Below are positions 10,992-19,496 of a DNA stretch of 64,000 nucleotides, one piece after another. The notes under the pieces are model-generated. The model worked only from the letters and a program-made list of their open reading frames with translations. It did no database searches and had not been told where the DNA came from. Made by a program: the position numbers and the translations under genes. Source of the DNA: an uncultured Candidatus Rokubacteria bacterium. GTDB taxonomy: Bacteria; Methylomirabilota; Methylomirabilia; Rokubacteriales; DASRDR01. The DNA lies in the NCBI GenBank assembly GCA_963826115.1, contig CAWGVS010000006.1, positions 864,001 through 928,000 of the forward strand, read 5' to 3'. Position 1 is the stretch's first letter; every line of letters starts with the position of its first letter.

Positions 10992-13034
10992 ATGCGGACG
11001 GGCACGGTCATCGGAGCGGGCATCCTGGCGACGGTCCTGGCTATCGGGTCCGGGCCTGCTGCTCGGGCGGACGAGCCGCCGGATCCCCGGTTCGAGGAGG
11101 CGCCGCCCCGGCTGAGCCTCATCGACGGGCAGGTCTCGTTCTGGCGGCCGGGCGCGCCGGATTGGACCCAGGCGCAGCTCAACATGCCGCTCGCCCCCGG
11201 CGACGCGCTCTCCACGGGCTTGCCGGGCACGCTCGAGGTCCAGGTGGGCGCGCGGGCCTTCGTCCGGGCGTGGGCGAACACGCAGCTCGCGCTCGGCGCC
11301 CACGACCCGAGCTTCCTTCAGCTCACGCTGGCGGCCGGCAGCGCGGTCATCGACCTCCGCGCGCTGGACCCGGGCGACACGGTGGAGGTCGACACGCCCA
11401 ACGCGGCGGTCGTGATCCAGCAGGCGGGGTATTACCGCGTGGACGTCACCGGACAGCGCTCGCGGGTGATGACGCGCGGCGGCGGGCGGGCCGCGGTCAC
11501 GGCGACCGGCGGCCAGCCTGTCGCGGTGACGCCGAGCGAGGAGCTGGTGGTCGAGGGGACGGCCAGCCCTCAGCTCGCGGCGTACGCCGCGCCGCCGCTC
11601 GACGACTGGGACCGCTGGAACTACGCGCGGACGGACGGGATCCTCGACGCGGTGAGCGCGCGCTACGTCACCCCGGGCACGTACGGGCTCAGCGATCTCG
11701 ATCCGTACGGCACGTGGCGCGTCGTCCCGGCCTACGGGCCGGTCTGGGTGCCGACGGGCGTGCCCGCCGGCTGGACGCCGTACAGCACGGGCTCGTGGAT
11801 CCTCGACCCGGGGTACGGCTGGACGTGGGTGGACGCGGCCCCGTGGGGCTGGGCGCCCTACCATCACGGGCGCTGGTGCTACGTGGACGGCTACTGGGCG
11901 TGGGCCCCGGGCCCCGTGCTGGCGCGCCAGGTCTACGCGCCCGCGCTCGTGGCGTTCCTCGGCGAGCCCGGCGGGGTCGTGGTGGGGCCGGGTGGTCCGC
12001 CGGTGGGCTGGGTGGCGCTCGGCTGGGGCGAGCCGGTCATTCCCTGGTGGGGCCCGCGCGGCCGGCCTCGCGCACCGTCTTGGCGCGGCTGGGGTGGCCC
12101 GCGCGTCGTGAACAACGTGGTGGTGACGAACGCCACCGCGATCAACGCCCCGAGCATCACGGTGTACCGGAACGCGGTCGTGCCGCACGCGGTCGTGGCG
12201 GTCGACCGCGAGCGCTTCGGCCACGGGCCGGTCACGGGTCGACGGATCGTGCAGGTCGACCCCCAGCGGCTCCGGCCGATGCCGGGCGCGCCCGAGGTGT
12301 CGACGCCCAGCGTCGTGCCGACGGCAAGGCGGGGCGTCCGACCGCCCGAGGCCGCGGTGAAGCGCCTCGAGATCGCGCCCGAGCGTCTGCGACGCGAGCG
12401 CGAGGCGACGGCCGCGCCGCCGGCGAGCCCGGTGGTCACGAACCCCGCGCTGCGCGAGCCGGCCGCGCCGCTCCCGCGCCCGTCATTCGGTCGCGGGACG
12501 CCCGAGCGGCCGATGGTGGATCGCCGGACGCTGCCCGGGCCGCCGCGAGCTCACGCGAGCCCGCCGGTGATTCCCGCCACCGCATCGCCGCCCAAGCACG
12601 AAGGCGCGAAGACGCCGGCAGGGCCGCCGCTCCAGCCCGCGCCGCGCCCGAGCCTTGCGCCGACGCCCGGGCCGAGCGGGGCGCCGCCGTCGATTCGATC
12701 CGGGCCCGGCCCGTCGGTGGCCCGTCCGGCGCCGGTCCCGCCGGACGTCGGGAAGGGGCACGGATCACCGCCGCCCGCGGTCCGCGCGGTCCCCGTGACG
12801 CCGGGCGGGCCCGCGCGCGTGGAGGCGCCGAAGCCCAGTGGCGCGCGCGGCCCGGGATCTCCGGCGCCCACCGCGTATCCCGGCGGCGGCCACTCGAATC
12901 CGGCGACGGTGCGGTCCGGGCCGGCGCGCCAGCCGGCGCAGCCCTTGCCGGGGGAGCCCGCGAACCGCATGGCGCCCGGCCGGGGACCGCGCGGCCCGGC
13001 GCGCCCCGACCAGTCGCAGGGTCAGTCGAAGTAG
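10992..13034 (+). CDS. Exported FecR-domain/DUF6600 protein with long Pro-rich tail
   Basis: Signal peptide, FecR-like beta region, DLDPYGTW...YGWTWV..PWGWAPYHHGRW, Pro-rich C-terminus. Confidence 0.8.
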   Translation: MRTGTVIGAGILATVLAIGSGPAARADEPPDPRFEEAPPRLSLIDGQVSFWRPGAPDWTQAQLNMPLAPGDALSTGLPGTLEVQVGARAFVRAWANTQLALGAHDPSFLQLTLAAGSAVIDLRALDPGDTVEVDTPNAAVVIQQAGYYRVDVTGQRSRVMTRGGGRAAVTATGGQPVAVTPSEELVVEGTASPQLAAYAAPPLDDWDRWNYARTDGILDAVSARYVTPGTYGLSDLDPYGTWRVVPAYGPVWVPTGVPAGWTPYSTGSWILDPGYGWTWVDAAPWGWAPYHHGRWCYVDGYWAWAPGPVLARQVYAPALVAFLGEPGGVVVGPGGPPVGWVALGWGEPVIPWWGPRGRPRAPSWRGWGGPRVVNNVVVTNATAINAPSITVYRNAVVPHAVVAVDRERFGHGPVTGRRIVQVDPQRLRPMPGAPEVSTPSVVPTARRGVRPPEAAVKRLEIAPERLRREREATAAPPASPVVTNPALREPAAPLPRPSFGRGTPERPMVDRRTLPGPPRAHASPPVIPATASPPKHEGAKTPAGPPLQPAPRPSLAPTPGPSGAPPSIRSGPGPSVARPAPVPPDVGKGHGSPPPAVRAVPVTPGGPARVEAPKPSGARGPGSPAPTAYPGGGHSNPATVRSGPARQPAQPLPGEPANRMAPGRGPRGPARPDQSQGQSK

Positions 13035-13035
13035 G

Positions 13036-13584
13036 TCAGCCCGCCGAGGCGGACGAGAATCCCTGGGGCGCGAGCCGGAACGCCTTCGCGAACTTGCTGG
13101 CGAAGGTCTGATAGCCGACGATGAACGTCAGCTCGACGACCTCCGCGTCCGAGAAGTGCTCCCGGAGGCGCGCGCGGCACCCGTCGGACACCTCGAGGTC
13201 GTCCCGCGTGATCCGCTCGCAGAATTCGAGCGCGGCGCGCTCGCGAGCCGTGAAGTGCGGGCTCTCCCGGTACCGCCCGAGGTCGGCGAGCGCCTCGGTG
13301 GCCACCCCGCTTCTCACGCCGACGGCGTGGCGGATGTCCATTCAGTAGGGCACGCCGTAGAGCGTCGCGACCTGGAGGTTGAGCAGCGCGCGGAGCCGGG
13401 CGTCGATCGTCCCCAGCCACTCGATGGCGCCGTAGAGCACCCCCATCCCGAGCATGAGGGGCAGCCGGTGAGCCATGAGCCGCTGCGGGGTCGGCACCTG
13501 GCCGAACATCCGCGCGCCGATCCGGAAGAAGAGTCTTGCCGCGATACCCGGGCCCTCGATCGTCTCGATCCGTGTCATCGCCAT
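13036..13584 (-). CDS. AhpD/carboxymuconolactone decarboxylase-family protein with in-frame UGA (probable selenocysteine)
   Basis: ORFs 13342..13584 and 13036..13341 are in frame and joined by one TGA (YGVPY*MDIRH); FTARERAALEF and FSDAEVVELT motifs. Confidence 0.8.
13301..13341 (-). promoter_or_regulatory. Putative bacterial SECIS hairpin
   Basis: After the UGA: ATGGACAT-CCGC-CACGCC-GTC-GGCGTG-AGAA-GCGG; apical loop starts with G 18 nt after the UGA. Confidence 0.55.
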
Positions 13585-13728
13585 CCTCCTTCGCCGCCGC
13601 GGCCGAGTGCGGGCCGAGGATTCAGCGGAGCCTGACCGCCTCCGTCATCGTGGGCGGCGCCTCGCTCACGACCCGCCTCGCCGCCGGCACATCGACTCCA
13701 CTATGCGCCTGGCCGGCGTGCAAGGGAA

Positions 13729-13794
13729 CGGTCAGGCGCTCCAGATCGTCTGGCTGCCTTCGATGAAGAGCGACGCACCGGGGACGAGCCACGA
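13729..13794 (-). repeat. Diverged copy of the 3' end of the SDR gene (14884..14949)
   Basis: 59/66 nt identical by manual alignment; LVPGASLFIEGSQTIWSA* vs LVTGASLFIDGGQTIWSA*. Confidence 0.9.
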
Positions 13795-14733
13795 GGAGCG
13801 GGCCGGCGTGCTTCCGGGCGCGCGAGGCGGCGGGCCGCACGACGGCCCACCCGTCCCCACTCGATGCTCGGGAAAGCGCGCCAGCAAGTCGAGGATCTGC
13901 TCGCACGCCGTCGGCTGGCCGCTCGGCGGCGTGATTCCCTTCATGTGCAGCGCGAGGAGCCACGCGTGCAGGTTGTGGACGGCCTCCCGCTCCGTCGAAC
14001 CCTTGACTCGAACGAGGATCTCCACGGCCTTGGCGTTCGCCTCGAGGCTCTGCTGCCGTTGCTGCCGCTGATAGTCGTCCAGCGAAGCGGCGGACCGGAT
14101 GCGTGGAGCGAGCTGGAGCGCCAGCACCTTGGCGATGAGCGGGTCTTGCGTCGGCGCGCCGAGCATTCGGGGATCCACGTGCAATCGTCCGAGGCTGTAG
14201 GAGACTCCGACGTTGGCGAGCGACGCGAGGTTCGTCGAGGCCAGCGGCATCACGACCACCTCGACCGTCAGCGGCGGCTTGTACTCGCTGACGAACCCGT
14301 TCACCAGCCGGCGGACGTCCGCGAGGGCCCCGCGCTGCGCCTCGGTGAGCGATGCCTCGGCCGCCGGCAAGGGCACGTCCGGCGGCGGGGCGAGTGGGAT
14401 GCGGGGCGCGGTCGCCTGGGGGACGACGGGCGGCGGCGGCGCTCCGAGCGTCATCGTCGGCGGCGGCGCCGCGGCCGGGCAGGGCTCCGTCGGCGGAGCC
14501 TCTTCGATCCGCACGACCTGGTCCCGCGGCACGCGGATGGCCACGCCACCGCGCGTGACGATCACGGCGTCCTCCGCTGTCCAATGACACTCGATCGCCA
14601 GCATCCCTGTGCGCAGGTGGAGGGTGGCCCCCTCGGCTCGGGCGAACGGACCGCATAGGAGCGCCATCCCGAGCAACCCCAGGGGCGCAACGGCGGCGGC
14701 GTGGCTCCGTGAGTCCGGTCGACGCAGACGCAT
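13732..14733 (-). CDS. Exported hypothetical protein with degenerate M48-like domain, ending in the duplicated SDR tail
   Basis: RBS GAGGAGG, signal peptide, Pro-rich linker, LEANAKAVEIL, no HExxH. Confidence 0.7.
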   Translation of the reverse strand: MRLRRPDSRSHAAAVAPLGLLGMALLCGPFARAEGATLHLRTGMLAIECHWTAEDAVIVTRGGVAIRVPRDQVVRIEEAPPTEPCPAAAPPPTMTLGAPPPPVVPQATAPRIPLAPPPDVPLPAAEASLTEAQRGALADVRRLVNGFVSEYKPPLTVEVVVMPLASTNLASLANVGVSYSLGRLHVDPRMLGAPTQDPLIAKVLALQLAPRIRSAASLDDYQRQQRQQSLEANAKAVEILVRVKGSTEREAVHNLHAWLLALHMKGITPPSGQPTACEQILDLLARFPEHRVGTGGPSCGPPPRAPGSTPARSSWLVPGASLFIEGSQTIWSA

Positions 14734-14780
14734 CGCTGGGTCCTCCTCGCACCGGGCTTGCCCGGTGACCATCGGAGGGG

Positions 14781-14796
14781 AGCAATCGCGGTGCCA
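14781..14796 (-). promoter_or_regulatory. Sigma-54 (-24/-12) promoter
   Basis: TGGCACCGCGATTGCT matches the TGGCAC-N5-TTGCW consensus, ~50 nt upstream of ATG 14733. Confidence 0.75.
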
Positions 14797-14886
14797 TCGA
14801 GTCCTTCAACGAAGTCGCGCACTTCCGGCCTTCAAGGCCGGGGAGACCGCTTATGGGTGGGGGAATCCTCGGCGACCGTCGCCCGG

Positions 14887-15660
14887 TCAGGCGCTCCAGA
14901 TCGTCTGGCCGCCGTCGATGAAGAGCGAGGCGCCCGTGACGAGCCGCGACTCCGACGTCGCGGCGAGGAACACCACGGCGCCTACCACGTCGTCCGGGAC
15001 GCCGATCTCGCGGAGCGGGATGCGCGCGAGCCGGCGCTCCCGGAACGCGGGCTGGGCGATGTCGGCGCGGTTCAGGTCCGTCTCGATGAGCCCGGGGCAG
15101 ATCGCGTTGACCCGAATCCGGTGGGGCGCCAGCTCCAGCGCGAGCTGCTTCGTCAGCATCTCGATCCCGGCCTTCGCCACGCAGTAGTGGGTGAGGTTGG
15201 GCGCGGCGACGGCCTGACCCGCCGAGGACGTGTTGACGATGGCGCCCTCGATCCCGCGCTCGATCATGTGCCGCGCGACGGCCTGACTGACGAGGAAGTA
15301 GCCCTTCAGGTTCGTGTCCAGGATCCAGTCCCACTCGCGCTCCTCGATCTCGAGGAGCGGCGTGCGCTTGAGGACGCCCGCGTTGTTGATCAGGAGGTCG
15401 ATCGCCCCCAGGGCTTCCACGGCGTCCCGCACGAGCCGGTCGACGTCCGCCCGGACCGAGGTGTCCCCCTGGACGACGGCCGCACGGCGCCCGAGCGCCC
15501 GGATGGCCCCCGCTGTCTCCTCCGCCGCCGCGCGGTCCTGGCGGTAGTTGACCGCCACATCGGCGCCTTCCCGCGCCAGGCCGACGGAGATGGCCCGCCC
15601 GATGCTGCGGGATCCGCCGGTCACCAGCGCGCGCCGACCCTGGAGGCGCACGGGGCTCAC
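14887..15660 (-). CDS. SDR-family oxidoreductase
   Basis: TGGSRSIG, NNAG, YCVAK, NAICPG. Confidence 0.92.
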   Translation of the reverse strand: MSPVRLQGRRALVTGGSRSIGRAISVGLAREGADVAVNYRQDRAAAEETAGAIRALGRRAAVVQGDTSVRADVDRLVRDAVEALGAIDLLINNAGVLKRTPLLEIEEREWDWILDTNLKGYFLVSQAVARHMIERGIEGAIVNTSSAGQAVAAPNLTHYCVAKAGIEMLTKQLALELAPHRIRVNAICPGLIETDLNRADIAQPAFRERRLARIPLREIGVPDDVVGAVVFLAATSESRLVTGASLFIDGGQTIWSA

Positions 15661-15815
15661 CGGGCCACCGGGCGGCGGGGGGATCCCGCGCATTCGGCCG
15701 GGGGAAGTGGCTCGGACGGGCATCTTTCTGGGCTCACGGGTGGCCTCCTCGCCGGGCTGGGCGCCCGACGAGAATTTACCGCCGGCGAGGCCGTCGATAC
15801 TACCCTTGGGGCGGG

Positions 15816-16355
15816 ATGGCTCCGAGAGCGCGCCGAGGGGGCGAGATCGAGGGCCTCAAGGCCCGGATCGCGGAGGCCTTTGTCGAGTCGATCTTCCGGC
15901 GGGCCGGCTACCGCGTGTCGCGCGCCGGCCGCGAGGGCCCGCCGCTCCGCCCGGTGAAGGTGGGGCTCGACGAGTTCGTGCCGGACTTCCTGCTCCACAA
16001 GCCGAGTGGCGAGACACCCGGCGGACGCGCGCGTCATCGCCTCGTCCCGATCGAGGTCAAGTATCGCGAGAGCGTCGAGGAGTTCCTCGGGAGTCACGGC
16101 CCGGAGCTCCTCTCGACGCTGCGCGGGCAGTGGCCGGAGCTCTGCCTCGTCCTCGTGACCGACCATCCCGCTGCGGGGCGCTCGTGCTTCCAGGTGCTCG
16201 ACGTCGCCGCGGCGCGTCCCGACGCGCCACTCACGACCGTCGATCTCCACTACGTCCACGACTTCGACGTCTACCTCACCACCGCGCAGGAATACGAAGG
16301 GCTCGTCCGGCAGATCTTCCCGCTACTGCGCTTGGGCGGAGTGCCCGCGCCGTAG
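15816..16355 (+). CDS. Hypothetical protein with PD-(D/E)XK nuclease-like motif
   Basis: IAEAFVE...VPDFLL...IEVKYR. Confidence 0.6.
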   Translation: MAPRARRGGEIEGLKARIAEAFVESIFRRAGYRVSRAGREGPPLRPVKVGLDEFVPDFLLHKPSGETPGGRARHRLVPIEVKYRESVEEFLGSHGPELLSTLRGQWPELCLVLVTDHPAAGRSCFQVLDVAAARPDAPLTTVDLHYVHDFDVYLTTAQEYEGLVRQIFPLLRLGGVPAP

Positions 16356-16382
16356 ACGCGGCCGGGCCACCGCGAAGGTCAG

Positions 16383-16407
16383 GCCGCCGTCCTGGCTGGA
16401 CGGCGGC
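16383..16407. terminator. Hairpin between convergent genes
   Basis: GCCGCCGTCC-TGGCT-GGACGGCGGC, 10-bp stem, no U-tract. Confidence 0.4.
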
Positions 16408-16422
16408 TGTCCGGGCGCGGCG

Positions 16423-16866
16423 TCAGGGCGCGACGTTGCAGCCCATCCTCCCGCGCCCGCCGCGGTCGTCGGCCCATCGACCCGTGTGGGAGAAGGCTCC
16501 GGCTCCCTCGGCCAACCTGAACTGGACGTGGACTCCCAGCGGCTCGATCCCGAACGGCGCGCCCGGCAGCGGGTCGCCGGTGAAGCCGACGTAGGTGAAC
16601 CCACCGACGATCCCGAAGTTCTGGGCCACGAGAAGGGATCCGTAGACGGGGAGCAGCGGGGTGAGCGAGGCGTCATCCCACCGCCCCGTCAGGGCCAGCG
16701 TGGGGCCGGGCCCACTCAGCTGAAGAACGATGGCGATGCTGTTGCCACCGCCGAGGGTGCACGTGAGCGTGTCACCGTCCTGGAGCGCTGAGGCGCTCGT
16801 TGGGACGGCCAGGGTCCACACGGTCCACAGTCCGATCGCAACGAGGAGCCTCGGAAGCCTGGGCAT
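16423..16866 (-). CDS. Exported hypothetical protein
   Basis: MPRLPRLLVAIGLWTVWTLAVPTSASA signal, two Cys, purine-rich RBS. Confidence 0.65.
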   Translation of the reverse strand: MPRLPRLLVAIGLWTVWTLAVPTSASALQDGDTLTCTLGGGNSIAIVLQLSGPGPTLALTGRWDDASLTPLLPVYGSLLVAQNFGIVGGFTYVGFTGDPLPGAPFGIEPLGVHVQFRLAEGAGAFSHTGRWADDRGGRGRMGCNVAP

Positions 16867-16960
16867 GGGGTCCCCCTTTCCCGTTGTATGGCCGTAGCAT
16901 GGTGAGGCTACCCGGCCGAAGCCGGGGCACCAGGCATTATCTCGTATCGACCGCCAAACG

Positions 16961-17755
16961 TCAGCGCCGGGCCTGGCGCTCCTCCAGCAGCAGCGTCTGC
17001 ACGTCCGCCATGAGGAGGCGCGGGTCGAGGAAGTCGAGCCCGTAGATGTTGCGGACCCGCTGCTGGCGATCGATGAGATAGACGCGGAGCAGGTGGCTCG
17101 GGCTCGCCGTGGCGACGCCGGGCGCCGGGGGCCCCGCCGGACGCTGGACCAGCTGACCGTACCCCGCCAGGATCGGCGCGAGCTCCTTCTCCGACGGTGT
17201 CGTGAGGAAGTCCCACGGGCTCCGGGTCTCGCGGGTCGTGGCCACTCGGCCATACTTCGCCATCGTCTCGGGCGTGTCGTTGCCCGGGTCGAAGCTGAGC
17301 GTCACGAGCTTCACGTGGCGGACGAGCTCCGGATCGCCCGCGGTCGCGGCGTGGATCTGATGGAGCACGGCGGTCGCCAGGGGGCACCCGCGCGCGTCGC
17401 TGCAGCGGGTGAAGATGAAGCTCAGGATGACGAGCCTGCCGGACATGACGTCGCGCAGCCGCCGCGTGCGGCCGGCGGCGTCCAACACTGCCCCGTCGGC
17501 GGCGGGCTTCACGACCGGCAGCCGGTAGCTGCCCGGGCGGGGCGTCTCGAAGTCGAACTGCGCGCTCCTCACCTGCCGCTCGTCGACCGCCGCGGCCGGC
17601 GCCGCGCCCGCGCTCCCGTGGGCATGACCGCCGTGGGCCCACGCCCGGGCCGCCGGCCCCACGCCCAGGAGCAGGAGGGCCGCCGCCACGGCCACCCCGC
17701 CCGCCATGGTCCTCCCGCGCCCGCGCCGCCCCACCGAGTCGTGCCGAGTCGCCAT
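16961..17755 (-). CDS. SCO/SenC-family copper chaperone
   Basis: FIFTRCSDARGCP, LSFDPGNDTPE, SHLLRVYLID; directly downstream of mtoX. Confidence 0.88.
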   Translation of the reverse strand: MATRHDSVGRRGRGRTMAGGVAVAAALLLLGVGPAARAWAHGGHAHGSAGAAPAAAVDERQVRSAQFDFETPRPGSYRLPVVKPAADGAVLDAAGRTRRLRDVMSGRLVILSFIFTRCSDARGCPLATAVLHQIHAATAGDPELVRHVKLVTLSFDPGNDTPETMAKYGRVATTRETRSPWDFLTTPSEKELAPILAGYGQLVQRPAGPPAPGVATASPSHLLRVYLIDRQQRVRNIYGLDFLDPRLLMADVQTLLLEERQARR

Positions 17756-17822
17756 CGCATCCTCCGCCTTCGCCGCCGGAGCGGCGAGCCCCTGCCGGGC
17801 CCGCCGCTCCGGGCCGTCGTCC

Positions 17823-19289
17823 TTACTTGTAGAGGGCCGCGCTGCCGAACCGCATGACGTGCGGCCGCCCCAGCTTGAGCTGCGTGAAGTCGAGCTGGAA
17901 GCGCTCGCGCAGCTCGGCGCCGTCCCAGGTGTAGGCGCGAAGGAACTGCTCGTTGTCCGCGCCGCCCTTGTCCCACTTGGCGAGGAGCGAGCTCGTGAAG
18001 TACAGGCGCTTGCCGTCCCAGCTCTGGGACACCATGTTGAGCTGGCGGCCGATCTTCTTCTCGTAGACCTGCTTCGGCTTGAAGGGGTCCGACACGTCGT
18101 ACGCCCGGACCAGGCCGTCCATGAAGGAGTCGACCCACAGCGTCCGGTCGTCGGCCGAGAGGCTGATGTCGACCGGGAGGGGGACCTTCGTCGGGTCGCC
18201 GACGTTCCCCACGGCCTTGGCCTGCCACTCGCCCCGCTCGTCCTCGTAGATCAGCCAGATCTGCGCGCCGAGGGCCGTCGTCGTGAACGCGTAGTTGTGC
18301 GTCGGGCCCCACGCCACGCGGACCTCGAGCGGGGCGCCGGGCACGTGGAAGACCTTCTTCGGCTGCCGCTGGTGGAAGTTCCACACGGCCGCGGTCTGGC
18401 CGAAGCGCTTCATCGCCTCCGGGTCCTGCAGCACCTCGCCGATGTTGCGCATGTAGTTGTCCCAGCCGGTGAACGAGGTCGTGAACATGACGTTCTTCCG
18501 CGGGAGGACGCGGGCGTCGTAGCCGTACCCGTCCGCGACCTTCTCGATGACCGCGCCGCGCGGGTCGGCGCTGGTGGGCATCCAGTGGGTGGTGATGAAC
18601 CGGCCCTCGTTCGTGTACTCGACGATGGCCGTCCGGCCCGTCTTGTCGTTGGCGTTCGACAGGCCGCCGATCAGCATCCGCCCGGGAAGCGCGTAGAAGC
18701 CGTGCGGGCCGACCACGCCGCCCGAGGCCTGGACGAAGTCGTCGATCGTCCGCACGAGCCGAGGCTTTGCCGGATCCGTGTGGACGTCGAAGACGAAGAT
18801 CTGGCTCGTGTCGATGCCGCTCGCCCAGAGGAACCGCCGGTCGTCGGTGAAGTCCGCGTGGTGCGCCTCGTACCGCCCGCCGACCGAGACCGAGTGGATC
18901 ACCTGGCCGTGGGTCGGCGACCCGCGGCGCGAGTCGACGGTCACGAGCTTGTCGGAGCCGTCGCCCAGGCCCTCGACGCCGAGGGTCCAGACGTAGACGT
19001 ACTCCTCCTCGCCGGTGATCTTCGGCATGTACGGCGACTGGCACGTCTCGTCCGCCCGCGCGCCCATGGGCGTGGCGAAGAGGGCCAGGAGGGCGATAGC
19101 CGCCGCCGCCCCGCGCGCGCCCCGCAGGCTCGCCACCGGCCTCCGCGTGGCTCGGATGACCCTGCCGGGCATCCGCGCCGGCGCGGCGACGAGCCGATCG
19201 GCCAGCCAACCGATCCCGCCGATCAGGGAGAGCCCGAGATACCCCCACCACCACTCGATCCATTCGGCCCGTTCGCGTCGCTCGTCCAT
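17823..19289 (-). CDS. mtoX: Methanethiol oxidase / selenium-binding protein SBP56 family
   Basis: DETCQSPYM, EAHH, GPHGFYALPGRM, FTGWDNYM, QLNMVSQSWDGKRLYFTSSLLAKWDK. Confidence 0.88.
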   Translation of the reverse strand: MDERRERAEWIEWWWGYLGLSLIGGIGWLADRLVAAPARMPGRVIRATRRPVASLRGARGAAAAIALLALFATPMGARADETCQSPYMPKITGEEEYVYVWTLGVEGLGDGSDKLVTVDSRRGSPTHGQVIHSVSVGGRYEAHHADFTDDRRFLWASGIDTSQIFVFDVHTDPAKPRLVRTIDDFVQASGGVVGPHGFYALPGRMLIGGLSNANDKTGRTAIVEYTNEGRFITTHWMPTSADPRGAVIEKVADGYGYDARVLPRKNVMFTTSFTGWDNYMRNIGEVLQDPEAMKRFGQTAAVWNFHQRQPKKVFHVPGAPLEVRVAWGPTHNYAFTTTALGAQIWLIYEDERGEWQAKAVGNVGDPTKVPLPVDISLSADDRTLWVDSFMDGLVRAYDVSDPFKPKQVYEKKIGRQLNMVSQSWDGKRLYFTSSLLAKWDKGGADNEQFLRAYTWDGAELRERFQLDFTQLKLGRPHVMRFGSAALYK

Positions 19290-19343
19290 GGCCCGTCCTC
19301 CTTCTCTCGTATCGGATGTGATTGAGCGTCCTGCATGAGGAAT

Positions 19344-19360
19344 GGCAAGGACGGTGCCGA
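19344..19360 (-). promoter_or_regulatory. Sigma-54 promoter of mtoX
   Basis: TCGGCACCGTCCTTGCC (GG-N10-GC) with an AT-rich tract upstream. Confidence 0.65.
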
Positions 19361-19421
19361 CCTGTTGAGTCGTTAAAACAGATAGTTGCGTGGTACTCGT
19401 CCAATCGGCGGCTGGCGAAGC

Positions 19422-19448
19422 CTGTCGAATTCGACAGCTTTCGACAGG
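19422..19448. promoter_or_regulatory. Palindromic upstream activator site
   Basis: CTGTCGAATTCGACAG perfect 16-bp palindrome plus a third TTCGACAG half-site. Confidence 0.55.
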
Positions 19449-19496
19449 CAGGGGGCGGCGGTTACGGAGGTGCAGCCGCCCGGGGGATCGAGGGGG

